The translations under genes were made by a program, and so were the position numbers. A model generated the notes under the pieces. That model made no database searches. It saw only the letters and a program-made list of their open reading frames with translations, and had not been told where the DNA came from. Shown here in pieces: positions 5,097-5,172 of a stretch of 5,172 nucleotides of DNA; the first letter of the stretch is position 1, and each line of letters starts with the position of its first letter. The stretch is taken from positions 1 through 5,172 of the forward strand of contig CAIWXP010000027.1 in assembly GCA_903916665.1 (NCBI GenBank). Direction: 5' to 3'. The DNA is from Candidatus Iainarchaeum sp. (GTDB lineage: Archaea > Iainarchaeota > Iainarchaeia > Iainarchaeales > 0-14-0-20-30-16).

Positions 5097-5117
5097 CACA
5101 AACTTTTTGTGATTAAT

Positions 5118-5172
5118 ATGGCTAAGAAAAAGAGTTATTTAAAAATATCATTAAATATTATATCTATATTAA
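5118..5172 (+). CDS. Start of a gene running off the window end; the N-terminus looks like a signal peptide or membrane anchor
   Basis: ATG at 5118 is preceded by GTGAT (5109-5113) with a 4-nt spacer, the same RBS type as other genes here. It reads MAKKKSYLKISLNIISIL, then the window ends. An in-frame upstream ATG at 5070 (MAIAKLTFEHKLFVIN-MAKKK...) is possible but lacks an RBS. Only 18 codons are visible. Confidence 0.35.
   Translation, partial: MAKKKSYLKISLNIISIL

Noticed and set aside
4992-5117. A C/D-box or H/ACA small RNA in the GC-elevated segment
   Set aside because: There is no RUGAUGA (C box) or suitably placed CUGA (D box) on either strand, and no ACA-terminated hairpin with a K-turn-like motif that I can see.
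4920-5172. The tRNA gene as an integration site for a mobile element, with att repeats
   Set aside because: There is no integrase or recombinase gene in the window. I found no second copy of the tRNA 3' half (for example TTCCCGGTCGAGGC) elsewhere in the 5172 nt.
1-5172. CRISPR arrays, IS elements, terminal inverted repeats and rRNA
   Set aside because: There are no regularly spaced direct repeats, no transposase-like ORF, and no rRNA-like GC-rich conserved stretches. The only GC islands are the tRNA and the segment just downstream of it.

Overview
The window is strongly AT-rich and tightly packed. It is prokaryotic and most likely archaeal, judging from a Cdc48/VAT-type ATPase, an archaeal/eukaryote-looking tRNA-Asp, and GGTGAT-type ribosome-binding sites; a DPANN-like or methanogen-like host is only a guess. 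The minus strand carries one co-directional block of three genes. The first (3471-4715) is a ~414-aa protein with an unrecognised helical N-terminus, an HTH-like segment and a C-terminal PIN-like nuclease fold. The second (3095-3490) is a 131-aa four-TM protein that overlaps the first by 20 nt. The third is a two-ring Cdc48/VAT/p97 AAA+ unfoldase. Its reading frame (643-3045) is continuous except for one in-frame TGA at 2881-2883, which falls where homologues carry an aromatic residue (Trp, as I recall). The plus strand carries a lipobox-bearing small secreted protein (261-629), tRNA-Asp(GUC) (4920-4991), a GC-elevated hairpin-rich segment (about 5001-5096), and the first 18 codons of another gene (5118 onward). 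A truncated minus-strand gene start lies at 1-170. I see no CRISPR array, rRNA, transposase or integrase. The items most worth follow-up are the in-frame TGA in Cdc48 (nonsense mutation or split gene versus UGA decoded as Trp), the apparent single-chain fusion of an antitoxin-like HTH with a PIN-like domain coupled to a small membrane protein, and the structured segment 3' of the tRNA. All family assignments come from motif reading by eye. No searches were run.
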